From: Candidatus Latescibacterota bacterium | GTDB lineage: Bacteria; Latescibacterota; UBA2968 | Length of the DNA: 64,000 nt | Assembly: GCA_965208125.1 (NCBI GenBank) | Contig: OZ242320.1 | Coordinates: forward strand, 3,680,001 to 3,744,000 | Direction: 5' to 3' | In this document: piece by piece, positions 8,410-18,224 of the stretch | Numbering within the stretch: the first letter of the stretch is position 1 | Layout: each line of letters starts with the position of its first letter | The notes under the pieces: generated by a model | Database searches by the model: none | What the model saw: the letters and a program-made list of their open reading frames with translations, nothing else | Told to the model about the DNA's origin: nothing | Translations under genes and position numbers: made by a program

Positions 8410-10566
8410 ATGAACGAAGCACAACAACCTCTCAATGCTCTGCCTCAGGGGTATCGGCTTCAAGAATATGAACTGGTACGTGTCCTCGGCTTTGGCGGAT
8501 TTGGCATGACCTATCTCGGCTTTGACCACAATCTGAACAAAGCCGTGGCCATCAAGGAATACCTCCCATCTGATATTGCTATCCGTACAAACGATAACAG
8601 CGTTGCTCCGCAAGTCAGCCAGTTTCAAGATGATTTTGAGTGGGGATTGGAGCGTTTCTTAGACGAAGCACGCACCTTGGCTCGTTTTGATCATCGCAAC
8701 ATTATTAAAGTATATCGTTTCTTTGAGGCACACAGCACAGCCTATATCGTGATGGAATATGCCGAGGGTGAGACCTTGGCAGCATTTTTGGAACGCAAGG
8801 GGACGCTAACAGAAGCCGAACTCAGAGCGATACTATATCCGCTTCTGGATGGTCTGGAGGTGGTGCATCGTGCTGATTTTTTGCATCGAGATATAAAGCC
8901 TGGTAACATCATCATCCGAGACGAGGACAATTCACCAGTATTGTTGGACTTTGGTTCAGCGCGTCAGGCGATGGGAGCAAGGAGCCGTTCGGTTACGTCG
9001 ATCATCACACCGGGATATGCGCCGATAGAGCAGTATTCGAGTCGAGGTGATCAGGGTCCTTGGACGGACATCTATGCGTTAGGAGGTGTATGCTATCGTA
9101 CATTGACTGGTGAAGTGCCAGATGATGTGACGGATAGGGTGCGGAATGATCCTTTAATTCCGGTATCTGAGCTGTGTGCGGGTCAAGAGAGTGCGAGTTT
9201 TTTATCTGCGATAGATTGGGCGTTATCTGTAGATGAGGGTGATCGTCCGCAAAGTATAAATGTCTGGCGAACTGCGTTGGGAGAAGAGACACCGAGGATT
9301 GAGAATGTTCAACCATCAGTCACGGCGTCTGTGCCTGCCTCTCCATTGGAAGAAGAGAAGCGTGAGGCAGTTGTTGGCAAAACCATGAGGCAGCCTGATG
9401 CATTTCCATCAGAAAGGGAAAGGGGAACAAGAGGAAAGTTGCTTGCTGTGATCGGAAGTGTGGTTGCTGTCCTGATAGCAGGCATAATTTATATTGATCA
9501 AGCTGAGAAACAGCAGAAAGAGCAAGTGGCATTGGAAAAGCAGCGCCAAGAGTTGGTAGAAGAAAAAGCAAGATTGGCAGCCGAGCAAGCAGAGAAGCAA
9601 CGTCAGGAGCAAGCAGCGTTAGAAAAGCAACGTCAGGAGCAGGCCTTGTTGGAAAAGCAGCATCAGGAGCGGGCTACAGAAAGAGCGCGACTAGCGGCAG
9701 AGCAAGCTGAGAAGCGGCGCCAGGAGCAAGAGGCTGAAAAAACAAGACGACTGGCGAAGTGGCGGGATCCCAAGACGGGCAGAACATCGCTGCATGATGC
9801 GGCCTATAAAAATGCTCCTGAGACAGCAGAAGTATTGCTCAAGCACGGGGCTGACCCTAATGCGCAAGACAGAGATGGTCATACGCCATTGTACAATGCT
9901 GTGAGGAAATGTAGTCGTGAGGTAGTAGAGCTATTGCTCAAACAAGGTGCCGATGTCAACGCAAAGAGCAATTTTGGTGGGACGCCACTGCACGAAGTGT
10001 TACAGACACATGTTAGTGCGGTAATCCAGTCAAGAAAGTATTCCAGTTTTGAAAAAAAAAGAGGTGATGAGTTTCGTAAGAAAGCAGAAGTTGCTCTTGA
10101 TATCTTCAAGTTATTGCTCAAACATGGTGCTGATGTCAATGCGAAGAACAATTTTGGTGGGACGCCACTGCACAGCAGTATTATGTATAACTCCTCTGAT
10201 GAGACTAAGATAGTTGAGATGGCAGAGCTATTGCTTAAACACGGTGCCGATGTCAATGCGAAGGACAACGGGGGCTTGACGCCGCTACACACTGGAGCGC
10301 ACAATGCGAAGAATAACCAAATTTCTGTTGAGATGGCAGAGCTATTGCTTAAATATGGTGCCGATCCCAACACGAAGGATAAAGATGGCCGCACACCGTT
10401 GCACTGGGCTGCTTGGAACATAAATTCTCATAAGTTTGCAGAGCTATTGCTCAAACATGGTGCCGATGTCAATGCGAAGGACAATTTAGGCGAGACACCG
10501 TTGCACGATGCGAGAATGCGTTCTCCTCGTACGGCGGGGATATTGAGACGTTACGGTGGACAATAA
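8410..10566 (+). CDS. Ser/Thr kinase 2: kinase-TM-coiled coil-ankyrin repeats
   Basis: Complete kinase motifs; TM; about 7 GxTPLH...LLKHGADVNAK repeats. Confidence 0.93.
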   Translation: MNEAQQPLNALPQGYRLQEYELVRVLGFGGFGMTYLGFDHNLNKAVAIKEYLPSDIAIRTNDNSVAPQVSQFQDDFEWGLERFLDEARTLARFDHRNIIKVYRFFEAHSTAYIVMEYAEGETLAAFLERKGTLTEAELRAILYPLLDGLEVVHRADFLHRDIKPGNIIIRDEDNSPVLLDFGSARQAMGARSRSVTSIITPGYAPIEQYSSRGDQGPWTDIYALGGVCYRTLTGEVPDDVTDRVRNDPLIPVSELCAGQESASFLSAIDWALSVDEGDRPQSINVWRTALGEETPRIENVQPSVTASVPASPLEEEKREAVVGKTMRQPDAFPSERERGTRGKLLAVIGSVVAVLIAGIIYIDQAEKQQKEQVALEKQRQELVEEKARLAAEQAEKQRQEQAALEKQRQEQALLEKQHQERATERARLAAEQAEKRRQEQEAEKTRRLAKWRDPKTGRTSLHDAAYKNAPETAEVLLKHGADPNAQDRDGHTPLYNAVRKCSREVVELLLKQGADVNAKSNFGGTPLHEVLQTHVSAVIQSRKYSSFEKKRGDEFRKKAEVALDIFKLLLKHGADVNAKNNFGGTPLHSSIMYNSSDETKIVEMAELLLKHGADVNAKDNGGLTPLHTGAHNAKNNQISVEMAELLLKYGADPNTKDKDGRTPLHWAAWNINSHKFAELLLKHGADVNAKDNLGETPLHDARMRSPRTAGILRRYGGQ

Positions 10567-10587
10567 ATATAAAATATCGGAAATGCT

Positions 10588-12819
10588 ATGAACGACGCAC
10601 AACACCCGATCCAGGCCTTGCCTCAAGGATACCGACTACAGGAATACGAACTGGTACGCGTGCTCGGCTTCGGCGGCTTCGGCATGACCTATCTTGGCTT
10701 TGACCACAATCTGAACAAAGCTGTAGCCATCAAAGAATACCTGCCATCAGATATTTCCACCCGTACAAGCAATAATAGCGTTGTCCCACAAGCGAGCCAA
10801 TTTCAAGATGATTTTGAGTGGGGCTTGGAGCGTTTCTTAGATGAAGCGCGTACCTTAGCCCGCTTTGACCATCGCAACATTATTAAAGTGTATCGTTTCT
10901 TTGAAGCACATGGCACGGCGTATATCGTGATGGAATATGCTGAGGGTGAGACCTTATCGGCATTTCTGGAACACAAAGGGATACTGAAGGAATCAGAACT
11001 CAGAGCGATACTATATCCGCTTCTGGATGGTCTGGAGGTGGTGCATCGTGCTGATTTTTTGCATCGAGATATAAAGCCGGGCAACATCATCATTCGTGAT
11101 GAAGATAATTCGCCTGTATTACTGGACTTTGGTTCAGCGCGTCAGGCGATGGGAGCAAGGAGCCGTTCGGTTACGTCAATCATCACGCCGGGATATGCGC
11201 CGATAGAGCAGTATTCCAGTCGTGGGAATCAGGGTCCTTGGACAGACATCTATGCGTTGGGTAGTGTATGTTATAGTGCGTTGACCGGTGAAGTTCCTGA
11301 CGATGCTACGGATAGGGTACGGAATGATCCTTTGATTCCAGTGGTTGAGTGCTGTGCGGGTCAAGCGAACTCAGGGTTTTTATCAGCGATAGACTGGGCG
11401 TTGGTGGTAGATGAGGGTGATCGTCCGCAAAGTATCAGTGTATGGCGTACTGTATTGGGAGAAGAGACACCGAGGATTGAGAATGTTCAACCATCAGTCA
11501 CGGTGTCTGTGCCTGCCCCTCCCTTGAAAGAAGAGAAGCGTGAGGCAGTTGTTAGCACGGCTAGGATGCAGCCTGATGCATCCCCATCGGAAAGAAAAAA
11601 ACACACAAGAGGAAAGCTGCTTGCAGTGGTCATAAGTGTGGTTGCTGTCCTGATTGTAGGCATAATTTATATTGATCAAGCCGAGAAGCAGCGTCAAGAG
11701 TTGGCCGTGTTGGAAAAGCAGCGTCAAGAGTTGGCAGCAGAAAAAACAAGGTTGGCGGCAGAGCAAGCTGAGAAGCAGCGCCAGGAGCAAGCAGCAGAAA
11801 GAGCGCGACTGGCGGCAGAGCAAGCAGAGAAGCAACGTCAGGATCAGGAAGCAGAAAGCGCCAGACAAGCTGCTGAGCGTCAGGATAAAATCACACGATA
11901 TAAGATGAAGTTTGAGGAGGCGTTGGGACGTAATGATTTTGATATGGCGGGTAGGTATGTAGATTCTATCCGAGCAGTTGATAGTAATGCGTCAATGTTG
12001 TCAAATTTGGAAGGTCGCTTGTCGGAGGCGCGTCAACGCTTAGTGAACAGGACATTCAGAGACTGTGGAGAATGTCCACAGATGGTAGAGGTGCCGTTGG
12101 GTTCGTTTACAATGGGATCACCTAGTTGGGAGTGGGACCGTGATGATGATGAGGGGCCTATTCATCGTGTGAGGATAGATTATAGGTTAGCAGTGGGTAT
12201 GTATGAAGTGACCTTTGGCGAGTGGGATGCGTGCGTGTCTGCTGGTGGTTGTAGGGGGTATATTCCAGATGATGAGGGCTGGGGACGAGGGAACCATCCG
12301 GTGATCAATGTGAGTTGGAAAGATGCTCAGTCTTATGTGTCGTGGTTGTCGCAACGGACAGGTGAATCGTATCGTTTACTGAGCGAGTCAGAGTGGGAGT
12401 ATGTGGCGCGAGCTGGATCGGTGACAGCTCGTTATTGGAGAGAACCGGCAAATGATCAGTGCCGTTATGGGAATGGTGCGGATGAGACAGCGAAACGATA
12501 TAATAGTAGCTGGACTGTTGCATCGTGTGACGATGGTTATTATGGGACATCACCAGTGGGAAATTACGAGGCAAATAATTTTGGTTTGTATGATGTGTTG
12601 GGCAACGTGTGGGAATGGACTGAGGATTGTTATAAAGATAGCTATTCGGGATTACCTGCTGACGGTTCTGCGCAGGCGTCTGAGGACTGCGCTGAACGCG
12701 TGTTGCGTGGCGGTGCGTGGAGCAGCAAGCCGAGAGACCTCCGCTCGGCTGACCGCTTCCGCTACTCTCCCGAGGTCCGTGCTGTCCATTGGGGTTTTCG
12801 AGTTACCCGGCGTTTTTAG
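10588..12819 (+). CDS. Ser/Thr kinase 3: kinase-TM-coiled coil-FGE-sulfatase
   Basis: Kinase motifs; TM; FRDCGECPQMV, FTMGS, SESEWEY, GNVWEW, RGGAW, GFRV. Confidence 0.93.
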   Translation: MNDAQHPIQALPQGYRLQEYELVRVLGFGGFGMTYLGFDHNLNKAVAIKEYLPSDISTRTSNNSVVPQASQFQDDFEWGLERFLDEARTLARFDHRNIIKVYRFFEAHGTAYIVMEYAEGETLSAFLEHKGILKESELRAILYPLLDGLEVVHRADFLHRDIKPGNIIIRDEDNSPVLLDFGSARQAMGARSRSVTSIITPGYAPIEQYSSRGNQGPWTDIYALGSVCYSALTGEVPDDATDRVRNDPLIPVVECCAGQANSGFLSAIDWALVVDEGDRPQSISVWRTVLGEETPRIENVQPSVTVSVPAPPLKEEKREAVVSTARMQPDASPSERKKHTRGKLLAVVISVVAVLIVGIIYIDQAEKQRQELAVLEKQRQELAAEKTRLAAEQAEKQRQEQAAERARLAAEQAEKQRQDQEAESARQAAERQDKITRYKMKFEEALGRNDFDMAGRYVDSIRAVDSNASMLSNLEGRLSEARQRLVNRTFRDCGECPQMVEVPLGSFTMGSPSWEWDRDDDEGPIHRVRIDYRLAVGMYEVTFGEWDACVSAGGCRGYIPDDEGWGRGNHPVINVSWKDAQSYVSWLSQRTGESYRLLSESEWEYVARAGSVTARYWREPANDQCRYGNGADETAKRYNSSWTVASCDDGYYGTSPVGNYEANNFGLYDVLGNVWEWTEDCYKDSYSGLPADGSAQASEDCAERVLRGGAWSSKPRDLRSADRFRYSPEVRAVHWGFRVTRRF

Positions 12820-12895
12820 TTCTTACTACTTTGCTTTTTGGGGATGTGGGAGAAGAAATGATGATGAGGATTTTGGGGTATGTGAGGGTTTTTCG

Positions 12896-12974
12896 GGCCA
12901 TCCTGTGGTTTATCTGGATGGGCTGGTTGATCCACCTGTGGTCGGTTCTGAACGCCGCCCGGCGGAGGCCGTAA
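12896..12974 (+). pseudogene. 5'-deleted copy of the small membrane protein gene at 20123
   Basis: AILWFIWMGWLIHLWSVLNAARRRP matches the C-terminus of 20123..20320; the N-terminal part is missing. Confidence 0.7.
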
Positions 12975-13034
12975 GCGCATACACTTTAATACCAACAATC
13001 GCGCTCAAGTATAGCACGCGATAAGAGGAAGTAT

Positions 13035-14234
13035 ATGGATCTGTTAGACGGACGATTTGCCGCGCAGCAAATTCCCGGTGGGCGGGAATATCAGGAGGAC
13101 GATTACGGTCTGATTGAGCCGGGTGATCCCGATGCTGATGGAAGTGAGGTATTATTGATAGCCGATGGGATGGGTGGACACGTCAGCGGCGATACGGCGA
13201 GCAGGACGGTGGTCAAAACCTTTGTGGAGACCTATCACTGCACGGATGGACCGGTGCCGGATCGTCTGCGTGCTTGTCTCAATGCGGCCAATGATGCTCT
13301 CGCCGAAGCAATCAAAGAAAACCCTGAATTGGAGGGCATGGGATCGACTGTGGTCGCAGCCGTTGTTTCACAACACGGACTCGACTGGATCAGTGTGGGC
13401 GATTCCCCCTTGTGGTTGTTCCGCGATGGCAAGTTGCGCCGCCTCAATGCTGATCACTCTATGGCACCTGTGCTTGCGAACCTGGTGGCGGTTGGGCGCA
13501 TGACCGAGGAAGAAGCGGCGACGGATTCCAAACGCCATGCCCTGCGTTCGGCGGTTATGGGCGATGAGATTCACATGATTGATGTCTCATCGCAACCTGT
13601 TGCGATTCGGAAAAGCGACCGCCTGTTATTGGCGAGTGATGGTTTAATGACGCTTGAGGATGGGGAGATCGCGGGTATTTTACAGAATATGCAGGACGCA
13701 ACTTTGTCAGAAGTCGCCGATGCACTCATCCAAGCTGTGGAAGAGGTCGGACATCCCAATCAGGACAATACGACGGTGTTGCTCTATGCTCCGAAGGCCG
13801 ATTGTGGGGTGGAAACGCTTCCCGTCGATACTGCCGAGGAGGAGTCCAGACAGCGCGAGGAGACTCAGCGATCAGGGCGAAAGAAGGGCCTATTTTGGAT
13901 ATTGTTATGCGGGATCTTGATTGCACTTGGAGTAATCACGTATTGGATCACGTCGCGCACGCACCACAAAGAAGCAGCGTCTGAATCCCCACCTGCACCG
14001 CAGGTAGAGCCAACCAAACAGGATGTTTCTCCACCTGCTACGAGAACTCCTGATTTACCGGAAGTGCAACCGGAGGGCAAATCCCCACAGGCAGAGCCAC
14101 CTGCAAAGGATGCGCCAGCACAACTCGACACAGGCAAGGTGAATGAGGAATCACCGAAGAAAGAAACCGAAGATATTCCAGCGAAGCGATCAACAACACT
14201 CGACACCACAGCCCAATCGAAAGGAACGAGGTGA
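13035..14234 (+). CDS. PP2C/PPM Ser/Thr phosphatase with TM and Pro-rich tail (copy 1)
   Basis: REYQED, IADGMGGH, SVGDS, DHS, LASDGL, QDNTT; TM GLFWILLCGILIALGVITYW. Confidence 0.93.
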   Translation: MDLLDGRFAAQQIPGGREYQEDDYGLIEPGDPDADGSEVLLIADGMGGHVSGDTASRTVVKTFVETYHCTDGPVPDRLRACLNAANDALAEAIKENPELEGMGSTVVAAVVSQHGLDWISVGDSPLWLFRDGKLRRLNADHSMAPVLANLVAVGRMTEEEAATDSKRHALRSAVMGDEIHMIDVSSQPVAIRKSDRLLLASDGLMTLEDGEIAGILQNMQDATLSEVADALIQAVEEVGHPNQDNTTVLLYAPKADCGVETLPVDTAEEESRQREETQRSGRKKGLFWILLCGILIALGVITYWITSRTHHKEAASESPPAPQVEPTKQDVSPPATRTPDLPEVQPEGKSPQAEPPAKDAPAQLDTGKVNEESPKKETEDIPAKRSTTLDTTAQSKGTR

Positions 14235-16264
14235 ACGACGCACACCACCGATTGGCACTGCCACAAGGTACCCGTATACAGGACTTTGAATTTCACCGCG
14301 TCTTAGGTCAAGGTGGTTTTGGCATCACTTATCTCGGCTGGAATATCGCGCTGGATATTCCCGTGGCGATTAAAGAGTATTTGCCTTCTGACCTTGCGAC
14401 CCGTGAATACGACCTGTCGGTAGTGCCACAGTCACCTCAAGCCGCGTCAGACTTTGAGTGGGGGCTGGAGCGGTTTATAGATGAAGCGAGAATATTGGCG
14501 CGTTTCCAACATCCAAACATTGTTCGTGTGCATCATTTTTTTCAAGCGCATAGCACGGCATATATTGTGATGGAATATGCCGAGGGAGAGACCTTGGCGG
14601 CATTTCTGGAACGCAGGGGGCCGCTGAGAGAATCTGAACTCAAAGCTATACTATATCCGATACTTGATGGTTTGGATGTGGTGCACCGGGCTGTTTTTTT
14701 GCATCGAGATATAAAACCGGGGAACATCATCATTCGCGATGAAGACAATTCGCCCGTGTTACTGGACTTTGGTTCAGCGCGTCAGGCAATCGGTACCAGA
14801 AGCCGTTCAGTTACATCAATTATCACGCCGGGTTATGCACCTATAGAGCAATATTCGAGTCGGGGAGATCAAGGACCCTGGACGGACATTTATGCATTGG
14901 GCGGCGTGTGTTATCGCGCATTGACAGGTCAAGTGCCGGATGATGCGACAGACCGGGTACGAAATGATCCACTCATTCCAGTTTTTGAGCGATGTGCAGG
15001 TCAAGCGAGTGCTGGGCTTCTCTCGGCGATAGATTGGGCGTTGGCAGTGGATGAAGGGGACCGCCCGCAAAGTGTGGCAGCTTGGCGTGTTGCGCTGGAG
15101 GGGGAGGTCCCAGGCAGTGTGGATGAGGAACTGTCAGTCACAAGGTCTGAAACCGTAGCCCGATCAGAAGTGCAGGATCAAGAGAGAGATGATGCCCCAC
15201 CTGTGCATTCTCCCAAGAAGCCCAAAGAGAAATTATTTGCTGCGTTTGCCTGCCTTTTCGCTCTGTTGATAGGAGGTGTCTATTATTATCACTATGAATA
15301 TCTCCCCGATCAGCGTCGTCAAGCACAGGAAGCGGAAAGAGAAAGACAAGCTATTGAGGAGGCAGAGCGTCGTCAGGCTAAAATAGCGGCATATGAGAGG
15401 AAATTTGAGGAAGTGTTGGGGCATAATGATTTTGATATGGCGGGTAGGTATGTGGATTCTATCCGAGCAGTTGATGATGATGCGTCAATGTTGTCAGATT
15501 TAGAAGGTCGTTTGTCTGCGGCACGTCAGGCTGATCAGCGTCGTCAGGCGCAAGCTGCATTGGAAAAGCAACGTCAAGCAGCGGAAAAAGCAAAACTGGC
15601 AGCAGAAAAAGTCGAACGCACGCGCCAGAGACAGGTATTTGTCGCAGAAGTGGGGCGTATGCCGTATCCAAGGGGGATGAACGATAAGGATGAGACCGAT
15701 CTGCACATTGTAGCTAAATTGAACCTGCCTATGCTGACTATATCCTTGCTGAATCAGGATGCCGGTGTCAACGCGAAGAACAATTTTGGATTTACGCCTC
15801 TGCACTTTGCTGCAATGGAAAATGCTCATGAGACAGCAGAGGTATTGCTGAAATATGGTGCTGATGCCAACGAGAAGGACAACTCTGGTTCTACGCCGTT
15901 ACACACTGCGGTAGAGAACAACGCTCTTGAAACGACAGAGATATTGCTCAAACACGGTGCTGATGTCAACGCGAAGAACTATTCTGGTCATACGCCGCTG
16001 CACACAGCGGCGGCGAATAATGCTCATGAGATAGCAGAGGTATTGCTCAAACACGGTGCTGATGCCAATGCGAAGAACAATTATGGCGATACACCACTGC
16101 ACAACGCGGGGTGGAAAAATAATCACGAGACAGCGGAGGTATTACTCAAACATGGAGCCGATGTCAACGCCAAGGACAAATATGGCAATACGCCGCTACA
16201 CAATGCTGTGGAAAAAAATAATTACGAGACAGTGGAGGTATTGCGGCGTTATGGCGGACGATAA
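14231..16264 (+). CDS. Ser/Thr kinase 4: kinase-TM-coiled coil-ankyrin repeats
   Basis: GTGA overlap with the PP2C gene; GQGGFG, HRDIKPGN, DFG; TM; about 6 ankyrin repeats. Confidence 0.93.
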   Translation: MNDAHHRLALPQGTRIQDFEFHRVLGQGGFGITYLGWNIALDIPVAIKEYLPSDLATREYDLSVVPQSPQAASDFEWGLERFIDEARILARFQHPNIVRVHHFFQAHSTAYIVMEYAEGETLAAFLERRGPLRESELKAILYPILDGLDVVHRAVFLHRDIKPGNIIIRDEDNSPVLLDFGSARQAIGTRSRSVTSIITPGYAPIEQYSSRGDQGPWTDIYALGGVCYRALTGQVPDDATDRVRNDPLIPVFERCAGQASAGLLSAIDWALAVDEGDRPQSVAAWRVALEGEVPGSVDEELSVTRSETVARSEVQDQERDDAPPVHSPKKPKEKLFAAFACLFALLIGGVYYYHYEYLPDQRRQAQEAERERQAIEEAERRQAKIAAYERKFEEVLGHNDFDMAGRYVDSIRAVDDDASMLSDLEGRLSAARQADQRRQAQAALEKQRQAAEKAKLAAEKVERTRQRQVFVAEVGRMPYPRGMNDKDETDLHIVAKLNLPMLTISLLNQDAGVNAKNNFGFTPLHFAAMENAHETAEVLLKYGADANEKDNSGSTPLHTAVENNALETTEILLKHGADVNAKNYSGHTPLHTAAANNAHEIAEVLLKHGADANAKNNYGDTPLHNAGWKNNHETAEVLLKHGADVNAKDKYGNTPLHNAVEKNNYETVEVLRRYGGR

Positions 16265-16297
16265 AATAAGCTGATTCTTAAAAAAAACGAAAATGCT

Positions 16298-18013
16298 ATG
16301 ACCGGCGCACAACACCCCCTCAATGCTCTGCCACAAGGCCACAGGCTCCAGGAATACGAACTGGTACGCGTGCTCGGCTTTGGGGGATTTGGTATGACCT
16401 ATCTCGGCTTTGATCACAATCTGGACAAAGCCGTTGCGATTAAAGAATATCTGCCATCCGATATTGCTACCCGTACAGGCGATAATAGTGTTGTGCCACA
16501 AGCGAGCCAGTTTCGAGGTGATTTTGAGTGGGGATTAGATCGTTTCGTGGATGAGGCACGCGCCTTGGCCCGGTTTGACCATCGCAACATTATTAAAGTG
16601 TATCGTTTCTTTGAGGCACATGGCACAGCGTATATCGTGATGGAATATGCTGAAGGAGAAACCTTGGCAGCGTTTCTGGAACGCAAGGGGACGCTAACAG
16701 AGGCCGAACTCAGAGCGATACTATATCCGCTTCTGGATGGCCTGGAGGTGGTACATCGGGCTAATTTTTTGCATCGGGATATAAAGCCGGGCAACATCAT
16801 CATCCGCGATGAAGACAATTCTCCCGTGTTGTTGGACTTTGGTTCAGCGCGTCAGGCGATGGGAGCAAGGAGCCGTTCGGTTACGTCAATTATCACACCG
16901 GGTTATGCGCCAATAGAGCAGTATTCGAGTCGTGGGAATCAGGGACCCTGGACGGATATTTATGCGTTGGGTGGTGTGTGTTACCGAGCATTGACAGGAG
17001 AGGTGCCGGATGATGCGACAGAAAGAGTACGCCATGACCCGCTCATTCCAGTGGTTGAGCGGTGTGCGGAGCAAGTGGATGCTGGATTTCTTCTGGCGAT
17101 AGATTGGGCATTGGCGGTAGATGAAGGTGATCGTCCGCAAAATATCGGTACCTGGCGTACTGCACTGATAGGTAATTCGACAGATGATTCGATGGAAGCA
17201 GAAAAGCGTGAAGCGGTTGATGATACTGCCATTAGGGCTACTGAAGAAAAGCGTGAGGAAGAGGTATTTGTCGCAGAGGTGGGCCGCGTGCCATCCCCGG
17301 ATGCAGTGGACGATGATGGTGGGACCGACCTGCACCATGCAGCGGCTATGAGCCTACCCTTGATGACTATATCCTTACTGAAGCAAGGGGCAGAGGTCAA
17401 TGCGCAGGACAATGATGGCTTTACTCCGCTGCACTATGCGGCAGCAGGAAAAAATGCCCATGAGATAGCGGCCATGTTACTGAGTCATGGTGCTGAAGTC
17501 AACACGAGAAACAAATATGGCGAGACGCCGCTGTATTGGGCTGCGATGAAAAATGCTTGTGAGATGACCAAGGTCTTACTGAATTGGGATGCTGAAGTCA
17601 ACACGAAAAGCGAATATAGCCAGACGCCACTGCATTGGGCTGCGATGGAAAATGCACATGAGGCAGCAGAAGTATTGCTGAATCAGGGAGCTGAAGTCAA
17701 CGTGAAGGACAAATATGGCGAGACGCCGCTGCACCGTGCGGTGCGAGAAAATGCTCGTGAGATGGCTGATATTTTACTGAATTGGGGTGCCGAAGTCAAC
17801 ACAAAGAACAATTCCGGTAGCACACCACTGGACATTGCGGTGGGTAAAAATGCACATGAGATAGCTGAGGTCTTACACCAATGTCATAATGAGAGCTTGC
17901 GCCAGCCTCTCTATAAGGACAAAAAAACGAGATCTGGAAGTGGTGGATGCTTAGTGCTGGTAGTGGTGTTCTTAATCATAAAGGCATTCGTATTGGGAAT
18001 GATAGGCTGTTGA
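16298..18013 (+). CDS. Ser/Thr kinase 5: kinase-ankyrin repeats-C-terminal TM
   Basis: Kinase motifs; no central TM; about 6 ankyrin repeats; hydrophobic tail CLVLVVVFLIIKAFVLGMIGC. Confidence 0.92.
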   Translation: MTGAQHPLNALPQGHRLQEYELVRVLGFGGFGMTYLGFDHNLDKAVAIKEYLPSDIATRTGDNSVVPQASQFRGDFEWGLDRFVDEARALARFDHRNIIKVYRFFEAHGTAYIVMEYAEGETLAAFLERKGTLTEAELRAILYPLLDGLEVVHRANFLHRDIKPGNIIIRDEDNSPVLLDFGSARQAMGARSRSVTSIITPGYAPIEQYSSRGNQGPWTDIYALGGVCYRALTGEVPDDATERVRHDPLIPVVERCAEQVDAGFLLAIDWALAVDEGDRPQNIGTWRTALIGNSTDDSMEAEKREAVDDTAIRATEEKREEEVFVAEVGRVPSPDAVDDDGGTDLHHAAAMSLPLMTISLLKQGAEVNAQDNDGFTPLHYAAAGKNAHEIAAMLLSHGAEVNTRNKYGETPLYWAAMKNACEMTKVLLNWDAEVNTKSEYSQTPLHWAAMENAHEAAEVLLNQGAEVNVKDKYGETPLHRAVRENAREMADILLNWGAEVNTKNNSGSTPLDIAVGKNAHEIAEVLHQCHNESLRQPLYKDKKTRSGSGGCLVLVVVFLIIKAFVLGMIGC

Positions 18014-18088
18014 TTTAATAAGCGGGCTACTCCGACAATGACCGAAACCATGTCCTGCGTAGCAACGACGGTCAATGATTGGTAATTG

Positions 18089-18190
18089 GATGTGATCGCC
18101 GTGTTATCATCGGCGGTACCTGTCTGATGGGGGCGTGGAAGCTGGCTCTTGAACAGTAGTAGTATTGTGCCTTTACGGTGAGCGAAGGTG
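18089..18190 (+). pseudogene. Second relic of an ankyrin gene 3' end
   Basis: DVIA.../GGTCLMGAWKLALE/(T)VVVLCLYGERR* with frameshifts; aligns with 8329-8382 at nucleotide level. Confidence 0.55.
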
Positions 18191-18224
18191 AAATAAGCTA
18201 ATTTTTGAAATAATTGGAGATGGT

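Larger units (their letters stand above)
12896..14290 (+). repeat. About 1.4-kb segmental duplication (other copy about 20242..21635)
   Basis: Small-TM 3' end, PP2C and the first 20 kinase codons are shared; alternative-frame ORFs 13235..13447 and 20583..20795 are identical. Confidence 0.92.
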
